Assembly: GCA_043808785.1 (NCBI GenBank)
Contig: JAZDEL010000001.1
Span: 182,455 to 214,454 of the forward strand
Direction: 5' to 3'
Origin: Candidatus Iainarchaeum sp.
GTDB taxonomy: Archaea; Iainarchaeota; Iainarchaeia; Iainarchaeales; JAZDEL01
Length of the DNA stretch: 32,000 nucleotides
How positions within the stretch are numbered: position 1 is the first letter of the stretch; each line of letters opens with the position of its first letter. This document shows, piece by piece, positions 6,609 to 15,333 of this stretch. Made by a program: the position numbers and the translations under genes. The notes below the pieces were generated by a model. It worked only from the letters and a program-made list of their open reading frames with translations. It was not told the origin of the DNA and did no database searches.

Positions 6609-7558
6609 AGTTCTCCCCTGCCCCTCAGCGCCCCAAGCATCAGCGGAAACGCTATTGTGGCGTCGCAGTTAACCGTAACGCTCCTCCCGTGCTCCTTTAA
6701 TTTTCCCCAGCTTTTCGCCTCGCGCGTCTGCGCGCCGCTCAATGAGCCGTCGAACTCCTGCGCGGTTGTGACATAAACCGCGTAATCCAGCCCCGAGCGC
6801 AGGATGTTCGCGCCGATTATGTGGTGCTTCGCAATGCCGCCGCCGAGCACGATTGCGCCCGTGCGCCCGGCATTAAGCACCAGATTTGCGAGAGTTTTCA
6901 TGTCCCCTGTTACATCGCACGCAAAGTCGGGCTTCCTCTCCTTGAAAAAATACATCTGCAGCCCTATTGCGCCGTCCGTAATGCCCGGGCAGAAAACCGG
7001 TATTCTATTCTTCGCGCACCAGTAAAGGAAACTGCCTTCCGCGGCCTTCCCCGCTTCCCCGCCGAGCTTCGAACCAATGAACCCCGCCAGCCGCGACGGG
7101 TTTGTTGTTTTGTTTTTTTTGTAAACTTCTTCGAGCCAGCCCTGCACCTTCTTCTCAAGAATTTCGAACCCCCTGTCCCGCACGAAAATGTTGCCTATCC
7201 TGTTTATTCCTTTTTTGTGCAGCGCGGCATCGTCCGCGCTGAACTCGCCCATTTCGTAAGGCATGAAGCACTTGATTATGTCGTGGTCTATCGCCCCCGC
7301 GGTTGTGACGATTGCGTGCACCTTCTTCTTCCTGCACAGTTCCGCAATATTTCCCCTCACTCCGCTCGCCACAAGGTTAGCGGTAAACCCGAAAAAAACA
7401 GTGCATTCTTTGTCCGCGAGCATTTCCTGCGTGAGTTCCGTGCCCTGCGCCAAATGCGAAGCCTGGAAGCCCGCGCTGTGCATGGCTTTAACCAAATCGC
7501 CAGCGCCCGCGGAACCGGAACTAAAATCCGTTATTTTTTGGTTTTTGTTTTTCTCCAT
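6605..7558 (-). CDS. dys: Deoxyhypusine synthase
   Basis: This is a 317-aa ORF with characteristic blocks: GFTANLVASGVRG, IVTTAGAIDHD, GINRIGNIFV, CPGITDGAIG, GGGIAKHH and TTAQEFDGSLSGA..REA.SWGK. Confidence 0.92.
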   Translation of the reverse strand: MEKNKNQKITDFSSGSAGAGDLVKAMHSAGFQASHLAQGTELTQEMLADKECTVFFGFTANLVASGVRGNIAELCRKKKVHAIVTTAGAIDHDIIKCFMPYEMGEFSADDAALHKKGINRIGNIFVRDRGFEILEKKVQGWLEEVYKKNKTTNPSRLAGFIGSKLGGEAGKAAEGSFLYWCAKNRIPVFCPGITDGAIGLQMYFFKERKPDFACDVTGDMKTLANLVLNAGRTGAIVLGGGIAKHHIIGANILRSGLDYAVYVTTAQEFDGSLSGAQTREAKSWGKLKEHGRSVTVNCDATIAFPLMLGALRGRGEL

Positions 7559-7571
7559 ACAAGCACCATGC

Positions 7572-10550
7572 CTATTTCACGACCTCAATAGCAAACTCCC
7601 TTTCGAGCAGCTTCTCCTCCCAACGGAACCCCTCTTGTTTTCCGCCCTTTAACTGCACTAGCTTGGTGTTTGTCTCCTTCTCTAGCCTCTTGCCGTATTT
7701 CTTCAGGAACCCGGCATCCGAGCACGCAATCCTGAGTTCCGCTAACTTCTGCGGCATTAACCCTGCCTGCTTCCTCGCATCCTGTATCCGCCTGCGCAGT
7801 TCCATAAGTTCCCACTCCTCGCGCATCTGCGTGTCGGAAGCGATGTTGAGGTAAAGCACAAGGTTGTCGTTCACGGCTTTCTCAGCATACTCACCCTTTG
7901 GCTTACTCCCGCCTTTCTTCTGTTCAGCAACCTCCCCCACGTTAACCATCTTCGCGAGGATGTTTTTTGTTTTTTTCAGTTCCGTGCCTTTCTCCGTGGC
8001 AACAACAAGTTCCTTCAGCGGCCAGCGCAGCCTCAGCTTCTTCTCCTCGCGCAGTGCGAGCGCCTCCTGCGCGAGCGCCATTGCAAGCTCCATCTCCTTC
8101 TCCAGCGCAGCGTCAATCATTTTCTTGTCAACCGCAGGCATTCCCGCTAAGTGCACGGATTCGGGCATCTTCCCGGAGCGCGCGTGCTGGTAAATATATT
8201 CCGTAACATGTGGAGTTATAGGGGAAAGCAAACGCAAAAGCGTGAATATGCAGTTGTTGAGCGTCGCTTCCACCGCCTTCCCGCTTTTGCCCCTTACCCT
8301 CTCCCTAACCAGTTTTATGTAAGTGCGCGACAAATCATCAACAACAAACCTTTCGATAAGCGCCGCCGCCTTCGACGGCACATAGCCGTCGTAAGCGTCA
8401 AGGGCCTCGCGCACGAGCGTGTTCAATTTGCTGAGTATCCACTCATCCTCAACCTCAAGCCCCTTTGCAGGCTTCATCCCCAAATCAAGCGCAAGGTAAA
8501 TGCTCACGTAATTGTAAGTGTTCCAGAATGTGTTGAAAAACCTGCCTATGTCCCTGAACGCCTCCCAGTCGAACGTTATGTCCGCGCCCTTGGAGTTGAG
8601 CACAAGGTAATGCCTGAGGTAATCGACATTATATTTCTCAATAACCTCCATCGGCTGCACAACATTCCCCGCGCTCTTGCTCATCTTCTTCTTGCTCACG
8701 TCGAGCACCATCCCGTGCACCATTACGGCTTCGTAAGGGAGCCTGTCGAAGCATATAATCGAGCATATCGCCTGCGAGTTCCACCATCCCCTGAACTGGT
8801 CAGTTGCTTCGGTGTTGAATTCCGCGGGCCACCACTTCTTGAAAAGGTCCGTGCGCAAAGGGTAATCCAGCGCGCCCCACGAGGAAACGCCCGAATCGAA
8901 CCACACATCCATTACCTCCGGCACGCGCCTCATTTTGCCCGCGCATTTTTTGCATTTGAAAACCACATCATCAATCTCCGGCTTGTGCAGGCCGAGGTTC
9001 TTAGGAAGTTTCGCAAGTTTGCCCAACTCCTTCATGCTCCCCACAACAACGCGCGCGCCGCATTTTTCGTTCTCGCAGACCCAAATAGGCAAGGGCGTTC
9101 CCCAGTACCTCTGCCTCGATACAGGCCAGTCGCCTATGCTTTCGAGCCAGTTCTGCATCCTGTCGCCCATGAATGCGGGCACCCAGTTTACCTTTTTGTT
9201 CAGCGCAAGCGCGCGCTTCTGTATATCGCTTATCTTGAAGAACCACTGCGGAATGCTCACCATGAGCAAAGGCGTCTTGCACCTCCAGCACAGCGGATAA
9301 TCGTGCGTGTAAGGGTGCTTATACACCAGCGCGCCCTTTGCCTCCAAATCCGCAATTATCTGCGCGTCAATTTCCCTCGCCCTTCCGCCCGCGTACTTTC
9401 CCGCCTCCGCGGTAAGTATGCCGTCAATCCCCACAGGGCACAAAGCAGGCAGGCCGTTTTCCTTCCCTACCTCATAATCCTCCCTTCCGTGCCCCGGTGC
9501 CGTGTGGACGAGGCCTGTTCCCGCATCAAGGTTCACATACCTGCCGCCGGGGACAACGCGCCTCATGCCTTTGAGTTCGGGTTTTTTCCCCTGCATTTCC
9601 TCGGCAAGCGCCTCCTCGTATTCCGTTCCCGCGAGCTCGCTCCCTTTCCAAACCTTAACCTCGCGGTATCCCGCCTCGGCGGCATCCATAATCCCCTGCA
9701 GGAGTTCCTTTGCGAGAATCCAGTGTTCGCCGCTGCTGAGTTCGACCTCCGCATATTCATAATTCGGGTGAACCATTATTCCCGTATTGCCCGGCAAAGT
9801 CCAGGGTGTCGTTGTCCATATGATAAAGTAGCGGTTCCCCTGCCCCGAACCGGCGGAACCATGGCCTTTTGCGTTTCGCGCGCCCGAACCATTTTCCTTT
9901 CCCGAACCCCTTTCCTTTATTTTGTATTTCACATAAACCGACATGTCCGAAAGTTTCGTGTATTCGATTTCGTTGTACGCAACCGCGGTCTCGCAGCGCG
10001 GGCAGATGTGAACAGGATATTGCCCGCGGTAAAGCAGGCCCTTCTCCTCAGCGCTCTTGAATGTCCACCACACGGCTTCAATGTACTCGTTGCGCAGCGT
10101 AAGGTAAGGGTTCTCCCAGTCCATCCACACCCCCAGCATTTTATACTCGCCGTTCTGCGTGCCTATGAACCTTGTTGCAAACTCCCTGCACTTCCTTACG
10201 AAATTCCCGACCCCGAACTTCTCTATGTCCTTCCTGTTTTTCGTGCCGAGTTCCTTCTCGATCTGGTATTCGATGGGAACTCCGTGCGTGTCATATCCCG
10301 CCCTGTCAAAAACGTCGAAGCCCCGCATGCGCTTGGCGCGCATCATGCAGTCCTTGAGCACCTTGTTCAGGGCAGTGCCCATGTGTATGTGCCCTGTTGC
10401 ATAAGGAGGGCCGTCCATCATGTACCATTGTTCCTTTTTGCCGCGGTTCTGCTTCCGCGCCTTTTCCGCAATCCCGCGCGCATCCCAGAAGTTCTTAACT
10501 TCCGCCTCCTTTTCGCGGGTGTAGGGCTCGAGGGGTTTTTTCACAGCCAT
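7572..10550 (-). CDS. ileS: Isoleucyl-tRNA synthetase (archaeal/eukaryotic type)
   Basis: This is a 992-aa ORF. It carries PPYATGHIHMGTALNKVLKD (HIGH-region variant), WTTTPWTLPGN, KMSKSAGN and Cys-x2-Cys zinc motifs. A GGAGG sits 9 nt upstream of the ATG. Confidence 0.92.
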   Translation of the reverse strand: MAVKKPLEPYTREKEAEVKNFWDARGIAEKARKQNRGKKEQWYMMDGPPYATGHIHMGTALNKVLKDCMMRAKRMRGFDVFDRAGYDTHGVPIEYQIEKELGTKNRKDIEKFGVGNFVRKCREFATRFIGTQNGEYKMLGVWMDWENPYLTLRNEYIEAVWWTFKSAEEKGLLYRGQYPVHICPRCETAVAYNEIEYTKLSDMSVYVKYKIKERGSGKENGSGARNAKGHGSAGSGQGNRYFIIWTTTPWTLPGNTGIMVHPNYEYAEVELSSGEHWILAKELLQGIMDAAEAGYREVKVWKGSELAGTEYEEALAEEMQGKKPELKGMRRVVPGGRYVNLDAGTGLVHTAPGHGREDYEVGKENGLPALCPVGIDGILTAEAGKYAGGRAREIDAQIIADLEAKGALVYKHPYTHDYPLCWRCKTPLLMVSIPQWFFKISDIQKRALALNKKVNWVPAFMGDRMQNWLESIGDWPVSRQRYWGTPLPIWVCENEKCGARVVVGSMKELGKLAKLPKNLGLHKPEIDDVVFKCKKCAGKMRRVPEVMDVWFDSGVSSWGALDYPLRTDLFKKWWPAEFNTEATDQFRGWWNSQAICSIICFDRLPYEAVMVHGMVLDVSKKKMSKSAGNVVQPMEVIEKYNVDYLRHYLVLNSKGADITFDWEAFRDIGRFFNTFWNTYNYVSIYLALDLGMKPAKGLEVEDEWILSKLNTLVREALDAYDGYVPSKAAALIERFVVDDLSRTYIKLVRERVRGKSGKAVEATLNNCIFTLLRLLSPITPHVTEYIYQHARSGKMPESVHLAGMPAVDKKMIDAALEKEMELAMALAQEALALREEKKLRLRWPLKELVVATEKGTELKKTKNILAKMVNVGEVAEQKKGGSKPKGEYAEKAVNDNLVLYLNIASDTQMREEWELMELRRRIQDARKQAGLMPQKLAELRIACSDAGFLKKYGKRLEKETNTKLVQLKGGKQEGFRWEEKLLEREFAIEVVK

Positions 10551-10568
10551 TCAGGGCGCCTCCGAAAG

Positions 10569-10642
10569 TGGGCGTAGGAGGATTTGAACCCCCGACACTT
10601 GGTGTATAAGACCAATGCTCTGCCAGGCTGAGCTATACGCCC
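10569..10642 (-). tRNA. tRNA-Ile, anticodon UAU
   Basis: The reverse complement reads GGGCGTA-TA-GCTC-AGCCTGGCA-GAGC-A-TTGGT-CTTATAC-ACCAA-GTGTC-GGGGG-TTCAAAT-CCTCC-TACGCCC-A. It has a perfect 7-bp acceptor stem, a 4-bp D stem, a 5-bp anticodon stem and a 5-bp T stem (one G-U pair). The anticodon loop is CT-TAT-AC, the discriminator is A73, and no CCA is encoded. The 3' end lies 18 nt from the ileS ATG. Confidence 0.9.
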
Positions 10643-10874
10643 GAATGCATGAAGAAATGCAATAACTAACTGTGTAAAGAACAAATAAATAGTTTGTGGT
10701 TCCGCCGGCGCGGTTTGGGGTTGTGGCACATTCCGCCAACTGCGGGAAAAACAACAGGCTTGTGGTTCCGCGCAGCGGTTCAGAAGCAGGTGTGCGGGCG
10801 TATTTGATACCGCCCCCGCGTGAGTTCCAAAAATCCCGAAGCAGCCATGTGAACCATTCTCCGCGGCGCGCGCA

Positions 10875-11225
10875 TCAGGCGGATGCCTTCCCGCTGACGT
10901 TGTTCTCCGTGTTGACTTCCCCGACTTCCTTCTCCGCTTCCTTGAACTCGCCGTAGCGCCCTATGTTGAGCCTCACAGAATCCTTGAATGTAGATGTATA
11001 GCCGTTCGTTATCGCGTAGCTCTTGCCAATCTCGACCTTTTCTATTGCGTCGTCCCAGAGCGTGAGGAGCACGCTTCCTGTTGCGTCCGCAACAAGCGCC
11101 TCCGTAACCTTGTGCTGCGAATTGTCCAGCTTGCTCGTGACCTCGCGCACCTCGTTCTTCTCAAGCACCTTTACAACAAGGTCCACCTTCTTGGAGAACG
11201 GCCTGAGTTCAGCAACATTTCCCAT
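10875..11225 (-). CDS. OB-fold single-stranded nucleic-acid-binding protein (SSB/RPA-like)
   Basis: This is a 116-aa ORF. VDLVVKVLEK...REV...HKVTEALVADATGSVLLTLWDD...VEIGKSYAITNGYTSTFKDSVRLNIGRYGE matches the short archaeal OB-fold SSB pattern. Confidence 0.7.
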   Translation of the reverse strand: MGNVAELRPFSKKVDLVVKVLEKNEVREVTSKLDNSQHKVTEALVADATGSVLLTLWDDAIEKVEIGKSYAITNGYTSTFKDSVRLNIGRYGEFKEAEKEVGEVNTENNVSGKASA

Positions 11226-11489
11226 TTCAACCAGCCTTTTCGATTATAATCAACTTCCCCATACAAATGGTTTTAAAGGTATTTATTCGCCTTTCGGCGT
11301 ATTTACCCCCGAACTTCTCCCGTGCGCTCCGGCAGCGTTCGGCCCGCTGCCTGCAAAGGCTGTCCGCCTCCTGCGCCAAACCATTTGCAGCCCTGCGGCT
11401 AACCCTCCGCGCGGGGGCATAACCCGCTACTCGGGCACGTATGTAAATAAATAAAAAAGAGAGGGGAAGGATTTCCCAGGCCCTTAATT

Positions 11490-12152
11490 TCAGAGCTTGT
11501 AGTCCTTCTTTATCTCCGTAGCCAACTGTTTGATATCCTTCCAGTAAGCCAGGCCGAAACCAATCCCCAGAACTATTGCCATCATCATGGCAAACGCAGT
11601 GAACGCGTTTACGAATGCCTGCTCAAGGACTGTTACATCCAGGCCTGCATTCCTCATCGCGAGCACAAGCGCAAGGTAGAGTATAAGGAACTCAAGCACC
11701 GCGCTGATTGTCTTCTTGTGTGCCATGTTGGTTGCAACTACCTTGTCCTTGACGAACTTCGTCAGCAACAGGCCCATCACAAGTATGAACGCGCCTGCAA
11801 TGAACGCCGGAAGCCACTTTATCAGCTCTCCAAGGAACATTACCAGCGGCCCAAGGTTTATGACGTATACCGCAGTTTGCAGGAACAGTAGCACAGTGAA
11901 CCACTTTACGAAGCTCCCTGTCAGCCTTGACAAGGGAACCCCGCCGACAGCATCCTTCAGCTTGTGCTTGGCAGCCCATTCGTCGAGCTGAAGCATCTGC
12001 AGCAGTTTTGCAACCACTTGCTTTAGGATTGTGCCGATGATCCACCCCGCTATAATCAATGCAACTGCAGCGACAAGCCCGATTACGACCGTCGTAAGCC
12101 AATTGACAAGATAGCTAGGGTTTGATATCGTCTGTATAAGGATGTCATCCAT
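11490..12152 (-). CDS. Integral membrane protein (conserved TM-helix repeat type, MscS-N-terminal-like)
   Basis: This is a 220-aa ORF with 4-5 hydrophobic helices and two similar halves. No catalytic motif was seen. Confidence 0.6.
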   Translation of the reverse strand: MDDILIQTISNPSYLVNWLTTVVIGLVAAVALIIAGWIIGTILKQVVAKLLQMLQLDEWAAKHKLKDAVGGVPLSRLTGSFVKWFTVLLFLQTAVYVINLGPLVMFLGELIKWLPAFIAGAFILVMGLLLTKFVKDKVVATNMAHKKTISAVLEFLILYLALVLAMRNAGLDVTVLEQAFVNAFTAFAMMMAIVLGIGFGLAYWKDIKQLATEIKKDYKL

Positions 12153-12207
12153 CGGTAAATCACCGCATCTAAAAGCGCATTCTTCTATTTAAACCTTGCG
12201 GGTGCGG

Positions 12208-12759
12208 CTATGCGAGGTTAATGCCCATTATTTTTTTTCTCAGTTCGCTCATTGACGAGTTATTCGCAATCCTTATGTCCGCGCCCGCAAGAACTGTTTT
12301 CAGGCCCTTGTTCTTTTCATCCGCACTGTCGCGCGCGAAGAACTTCCCCCTTTCCGCGGGGTCGGCGTTGCTCCTGCGCGCAAAGCGCTTTTCCCCCTCC
12401 GCGTATATTTCAACAACCTTCGCGCCCGTGCGCACGCTTTTTATGTATGCAACTTCCTCGGGCGACCTCGCGCCCGTAATCACGACCTTCCCTCCCGCGG
12501 GTATTTTTGCCGCAAGCATCCGCGCAACAATGCCCATCCCTTCCTTTGCCCTTAGTTCATCACCAAGCCCCGCCATCGCCTCTTTCGTCACCTGTTCGCC
12601 GCGCCTTTCAAGTTCCTCCGCAAGCACATCCGAAAGGTTGAATTTCACATAGCCGAATTTTTCGCAGATTAAATAAGCGGCGGTGTCCTTGCCGCTCCTT
12701 GCAAGCCCCGCGATTATGAGCGTTTCGGGAAGCCCCTGCACGGGTTTATTTTTCTTCAT
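12208..12759 (-). CDS. P-loop nucleotide kinase-like protein (UPF0200 / dephospho-CoA kinase-like family)
   Basis: It carries a Walker A motif (GLARSGKDT), then ITGARSPEEV and ...RFARR...DP...F..RD..E...G. I chose the ATG at 12759 (GGAGG 9 nt upstream) over the track start at 12834. With that start it overlaps the upstream gene by 14 nt. Confidence 0.65.
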   Translation of the reverse strand: MKKNKPVQGLPETLIIAGLARSGKDTAAYLICEKFGYVKFNLSDVLAEELERRGEQVTKEAMAGLGDELRAKEGMGIVARMLAAKIPAGGKVVITGARSPEEVAYIKSVRTGAKVVEIYAEGEKRFARRSNADPAERGKFFARDSADEKNKGLKTVLAGADIRIANNSSMSELRKKIMGINLA

Positions 12760-13132
12760 TTTTCCCGCCTCCCTGCGTTGCGCTTCCTCCGCCTGCGCCT
12801 GACGTAACCGAACCAATCCCGCCGAGAATCGCAATCACCGCACTTACTATAATATATGTGTAAATAAATACAACCGCCATCGCCGCAAGCGGGAAAGAAT
12901 CGGGGAAGCAGTTACCTGCGCTGCACTCCGCAAGCCCGAAAATTCCGCCTCCCAGCGCCTCCGCGGCAAGCCTTAGCGGTATGTAAATCACGAGCACAAG
13001 CGCGAGCAAAGGCACTTCATAAACCCACGGGATGAAATAAGTCAGGGTTAGCAGCGCGCTGAGCGCGACTTTCCCGAGAGTAGGGGTGAGGAAATTTTCG
13101 TTGCCCATATTGACAAAATACTGCACAAACAT
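12746..13132 (-). CDS. Small hydrophobic membrane protein
   Basis: This is a 128-aa ORF with 3 hydrophobic segments and a Gly-rich tail. The alternative ATG at 13108 lies 26 nt downstream of TTTTTTAAAT (complement of 13137-13146), which would make the mRNA leaderless. Confidence 0.55.
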   Translation of the reverse strand: MFVQYFVNMGNENFLTPTLGKVALSALLTLTYFIPWVYEVPLLALVLVIYIPLRLAAEALGGGIFGLAECSAGNCFPDSFPLAAMAVVFIYTYIIVSAVIAILGGIGSVTSGAGGGSATQGGGKNEEK

Positions 13133-13174
13133 GATTTAAAAAATAGGGTTTGGACTTGTACAGGTTTTCCGTGC

Positions 13175-13225
13175 CGCAAAAAACAAAAAAAATAAGGTCG
13201 GGGGCGGTTACTGTTTTCCGCCCCC
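13175..13225 (-). terminator. Hairpin plus long T-run (probable ancestral thermosome terminator)
   Basis: The minus strand reads GGGGGCGG-AAAACAGTAA-CCGCCCCC, followed by GACCTTATTTTTTTTGTTTTTTG. Confidence 0.55.
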
Positions 13226-13255
13226 GAATTTGAACAACTTCGCCGTGCAGAGGGT

Positions 13256-13282
13256 TTACATATCCCCCATGTCTCCGCCCAT
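13256..13282. repeat. 27-nt exact duplicate of the thermosome 3' end (downstream copy)
   Basis: The sequence ttacatatcccccatgtctccgcccat is identical to 13415-13441. On the minus strand it encodes MGGDMGDM-stop. Confidence 0.95.
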
Positions 13283-13390
13283 CAGCTTTTGGGAGCGCGG
13301 TCGTCGCTATTTTGCCTTGCGGCAAAATGCGCGCATTCGGCTCAAGCCGAATAGCGTCGCCTTGAGCTCACTCCCGCTTCCCAAAAGTTG
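13283..13390 (-). ncRNA. Candidate structured RNA or insertion remnant between the 27-nt repeats
   Basis: On the minus strand the outer stem is CTTTTGGGA(A)GCG / CGCTCCCAAAAG. Inside it are two perfect hairpins: ATTCGGC-TTGA-GCCGAAT and ATTTTGCC-GCAA-GGCAAAAT. The second has a GNRA-type loop only in the minus orientation. A CGCTATT/AATAGCG pairing also encloses them. It contains no ORF. Confidence 0.3.
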
Positions 13391-13417
13391 GCAAAACTGC
13401 CCTGCTGGCGGCAGTTA
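13391..13417 (-). terminator. Hairpin plus T4 immediately after the thermosome stop
   Basis: The minus strand reads TAA-CTGCC-GCCAGCAG-GGCAG-TTTT. Confidence 0.4.
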
Positions 13418-15067
13418 CATATCCCCCATGTCTCCGCCCATTCCGCCCATGCCTCCGGGCGGCATCCTGGGCCCCGAACTCTTGCTCCCGCCCGCTATGA
13501 TATCGTCGATGCGCAGCAGCATCTCCGCGACTTCTGAACCCGAGGTTATCGCCTGCGTCTTTATGCTCAGCGGCTCTATAACCTTCGCCTCCTTCATGTT
13601 GGAGAACTTCGCATTGTAGACATCGACGCCTATATACTTGCCTTCCTTGCCGGTGTGCTTGTTCCTGAGGCCGACAAGCGTGTCTATCGGGTCCATTCCC
13701 GCGGTTTCCGCGAGCGTGCGGGGAATTACCTCGAGGGTTTCGGCGAACGCCTCTATCGCAAGCTGCTCCCTTCCGCCGAACTTCTTCGCGTATTCCCTGA
13801 GTTTCATCGCGACCTCTATCTCCGAGCTTCCGCCGCCACTGACAATCTTGCCGTCCCTTACCGCCGAGGAGGTTGCGCCTATTGCGTCGTGCACCGCCCT
13901 CTCCGCCTCATCAACAACGTGCTCCGAGCCTCCGCGCACAAGCAGCGAAACAGACTTGGGGTTTGTGCACCCTTCCACAAACACCATTTCGTCGCCCGCA
14001 ATCTTCTTCTCCCTTACAACCGCGGCTTTTCCGAGGTCGGATTCCGAAAGGTCCGCAATCCTGCTCACTACCTTTCCGCCCGTGGCTCTTGCAAGCGCGT
14101 CCATGTCGCTCTTCTTCACGCGCCTTACCGCAACTATCTTTTCCTTCGCAAGGAAGTGCTGTGCCAAATCATCTATCCCTTTCTGTGTTATCAGCACATT
14201 TGCCCCCGAGGCCTTTACCTTTTCAACCATGTCCCTGAGCATCTTCTCTTCCTGGTCTATGAATGCCTGCATCTGGTCGGGAGATGTTATCTCAATCTTC
14301 GCGTCGGTTTCCGTGTCCTTTATCTCGAGCGCGGCGTCAAGCAGTGCAATCTTCGCGCCCTTCACGTTTCTGGGCATTCCCGCGTGCACTATTTCCTTGT
14401 CTATCACGATTCCCTTGACAAGTTCGCTGTCCGCTATGCTTGCTCCAACCTTCTTCTCGACCTTTATATTATCCATATTAATTACTGTCTTGCCGTCTTC
14501 CTTGTCCGCAACCGTCTGTATCGCGTCGACAACCAAATCGGCAAGCTCCCCCGCGCTTTCCGCGCTCTTGCCCGTCATCGAGGTCATTGCAATGTCGCGC
14601 AGCGCCTTCCTGTCGTCGAATGTGATGTCGTCGGAAATTTCCCTGTAGAACTCCTTTGCCTTTTTTGCCGCCTCCCTGTAGCCCTTGATTATTATGCTCG
14701 GGTGTATGTCGTCGTCAAGCAGCCTTTCCGCCTTGTGCAGGAGCTCGCCCGCGATTATGACCGCGGTCGTTGTCCCGTCCCCTACCTCGTCGTCCTGCGT
14801 TTTCGCGACCTCGACCATCATTTTTCCCGCGGGATGGTCGATGCTCATCTCGCCGAGGATTGTCGCGCCGTCGTTGCTTATTGTCACATCCCCGAGCTCG
14901 TCAACAATCATCTTGTCCATTCCCTTCGGTCCAAGCGTGCTCTTCACAGCCTGCGCCACAGCGCGCGCTATGAGTATGTTAATCCTCTGGGCATCCCTGC
15001 CCCTTACCCTTTTGGAACCTTCCGTGAGAAATACCACCGGCTGGTTCATCTGCTGTTCTCCGCCCAT
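13415..15067 (-). CDS. ths: Thermosome subunit (group II chaperonin)
   Basis: The protein reads [41 protein letters not shown] and VGDGTTT, and ends in a [13 protein letters not shown] tail. I chose the ATG at 15067 (GGAGGTG 7 nt upstream) over the track start at 15133. Confidence 0.93.
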   Translation of the reverse strand: MGGEQQMNQPVVFLTEGSKRVRGRDAQRINILIARAVAQAVKSTLGPKGMDKMIVDELGDVTISNDGATILGEMSIDHPAGKMMVEVAKTQDDEVGDGTTTAVIIAGELLHKAERLLDDDIHPSIIIKGYREAAKKAKEFYREISDDITFDDRKALRDIAMTSMTGKSAESAGELADLVVDAIQTVADKEDGKTVINMDNIKVEKKVGASIADSELVKGIVIDKEIVHAGMPRNVKGAKIALLDAALEIKDTETDAKIEITSPDQMQAFIDQEEKMLRDMVEKVKASGANVLITQKGIDDLAQHFLAKEKIVAVRRVKKSDMDALARATGGKVVSRIADLSESDLGKAAVVREKKIAGDEMVFVEGCTNPKSVSLLVRGGSEHVVDEAERAVHDAIGATSSAVRDGKIVSGGGSSEIEVAMKLREYAKKFGGREQLAIEAFAETLEVIPRTLAETAGMDPIDTLVGLRNKHTGKEGKYIGVDVYNAKFSNMKEAKVIEPLSIKTQAITSGSEVAEMLLRIDDIIAGGSKSSGPRMPPGGMGGMGGDMGDM

Positions 15068-15136
15068 GTTAAAACACCTCCAAGTGTGAATTTGGCTTAA
15101 CCTTAAATCTGAAAAAACAAACAACAAACCCAAACA

Positions 15137-15239
15137 CGAACCCGAAACGGGTTCGTTGGTTTTTGGTTATTTTTGGGGTTTTCCGGTTTTTTGTTTTTTG
15201 CGTTTTTTCGGGTTTTTTTGCGGGTTTTCAGGGCTTTTT
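15137..15239. promoter_or_regulatory. Perfect 8-bp palindrome plus nine phased T-tracts in the divergent region upstream of the thermosome
   Basis: The palindrome cgaacccg-aaa-cgggttcg lies at 15137-15155. T-tracts of 4-7 nt start at 15160, 15170, 15179, 15187, 15194, 15203, 15213, 15225 and 15235, a spacing of 7-12 nt. Confidence 0.5.
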
Positions 15240-15333
15240 AGCCCTTCCCCGCACTAACCCTGCCATACAATCTTGATGGATATAGGGTTTAAAAACCTTC
15301 CCGCATTTTTGCTGGATGTGGGCGGGATAAGCC

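Noticed and set aside
8151-10577. An 808-aa plus-strand ORF opposite ileS
   Set aside because: It is antisense to a confidently identified IleRS gene. Its translation is Arg/Pro/His-rich with no motifs. Long stop-free antisense frames are expected in GC-rich coding DNA.
13270-13300. A hammerhead-like CUGAUGG on the minus strand at the edge of the structured insert
   Set aside because: The core is CUGAUGG rather than CUGAUGA, and no CGAAA element or three-stem arrangement is present.
13017-13325. A 102-aa minus-strand ORF
   Set aside because: It spans a terminator hairpin, a T-run and the duplicated thermosome fragment in a different frame. It has no start context and no coherent sequence.
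13638-15100. Plus-strand ORFs of 336 aa and 481 aa opposite the thermosome gene
   Set aside because: They are antisense shadows of a highly conserved gene. Their composition is Ser/Pro/Arg-rich low-complexity sequence.
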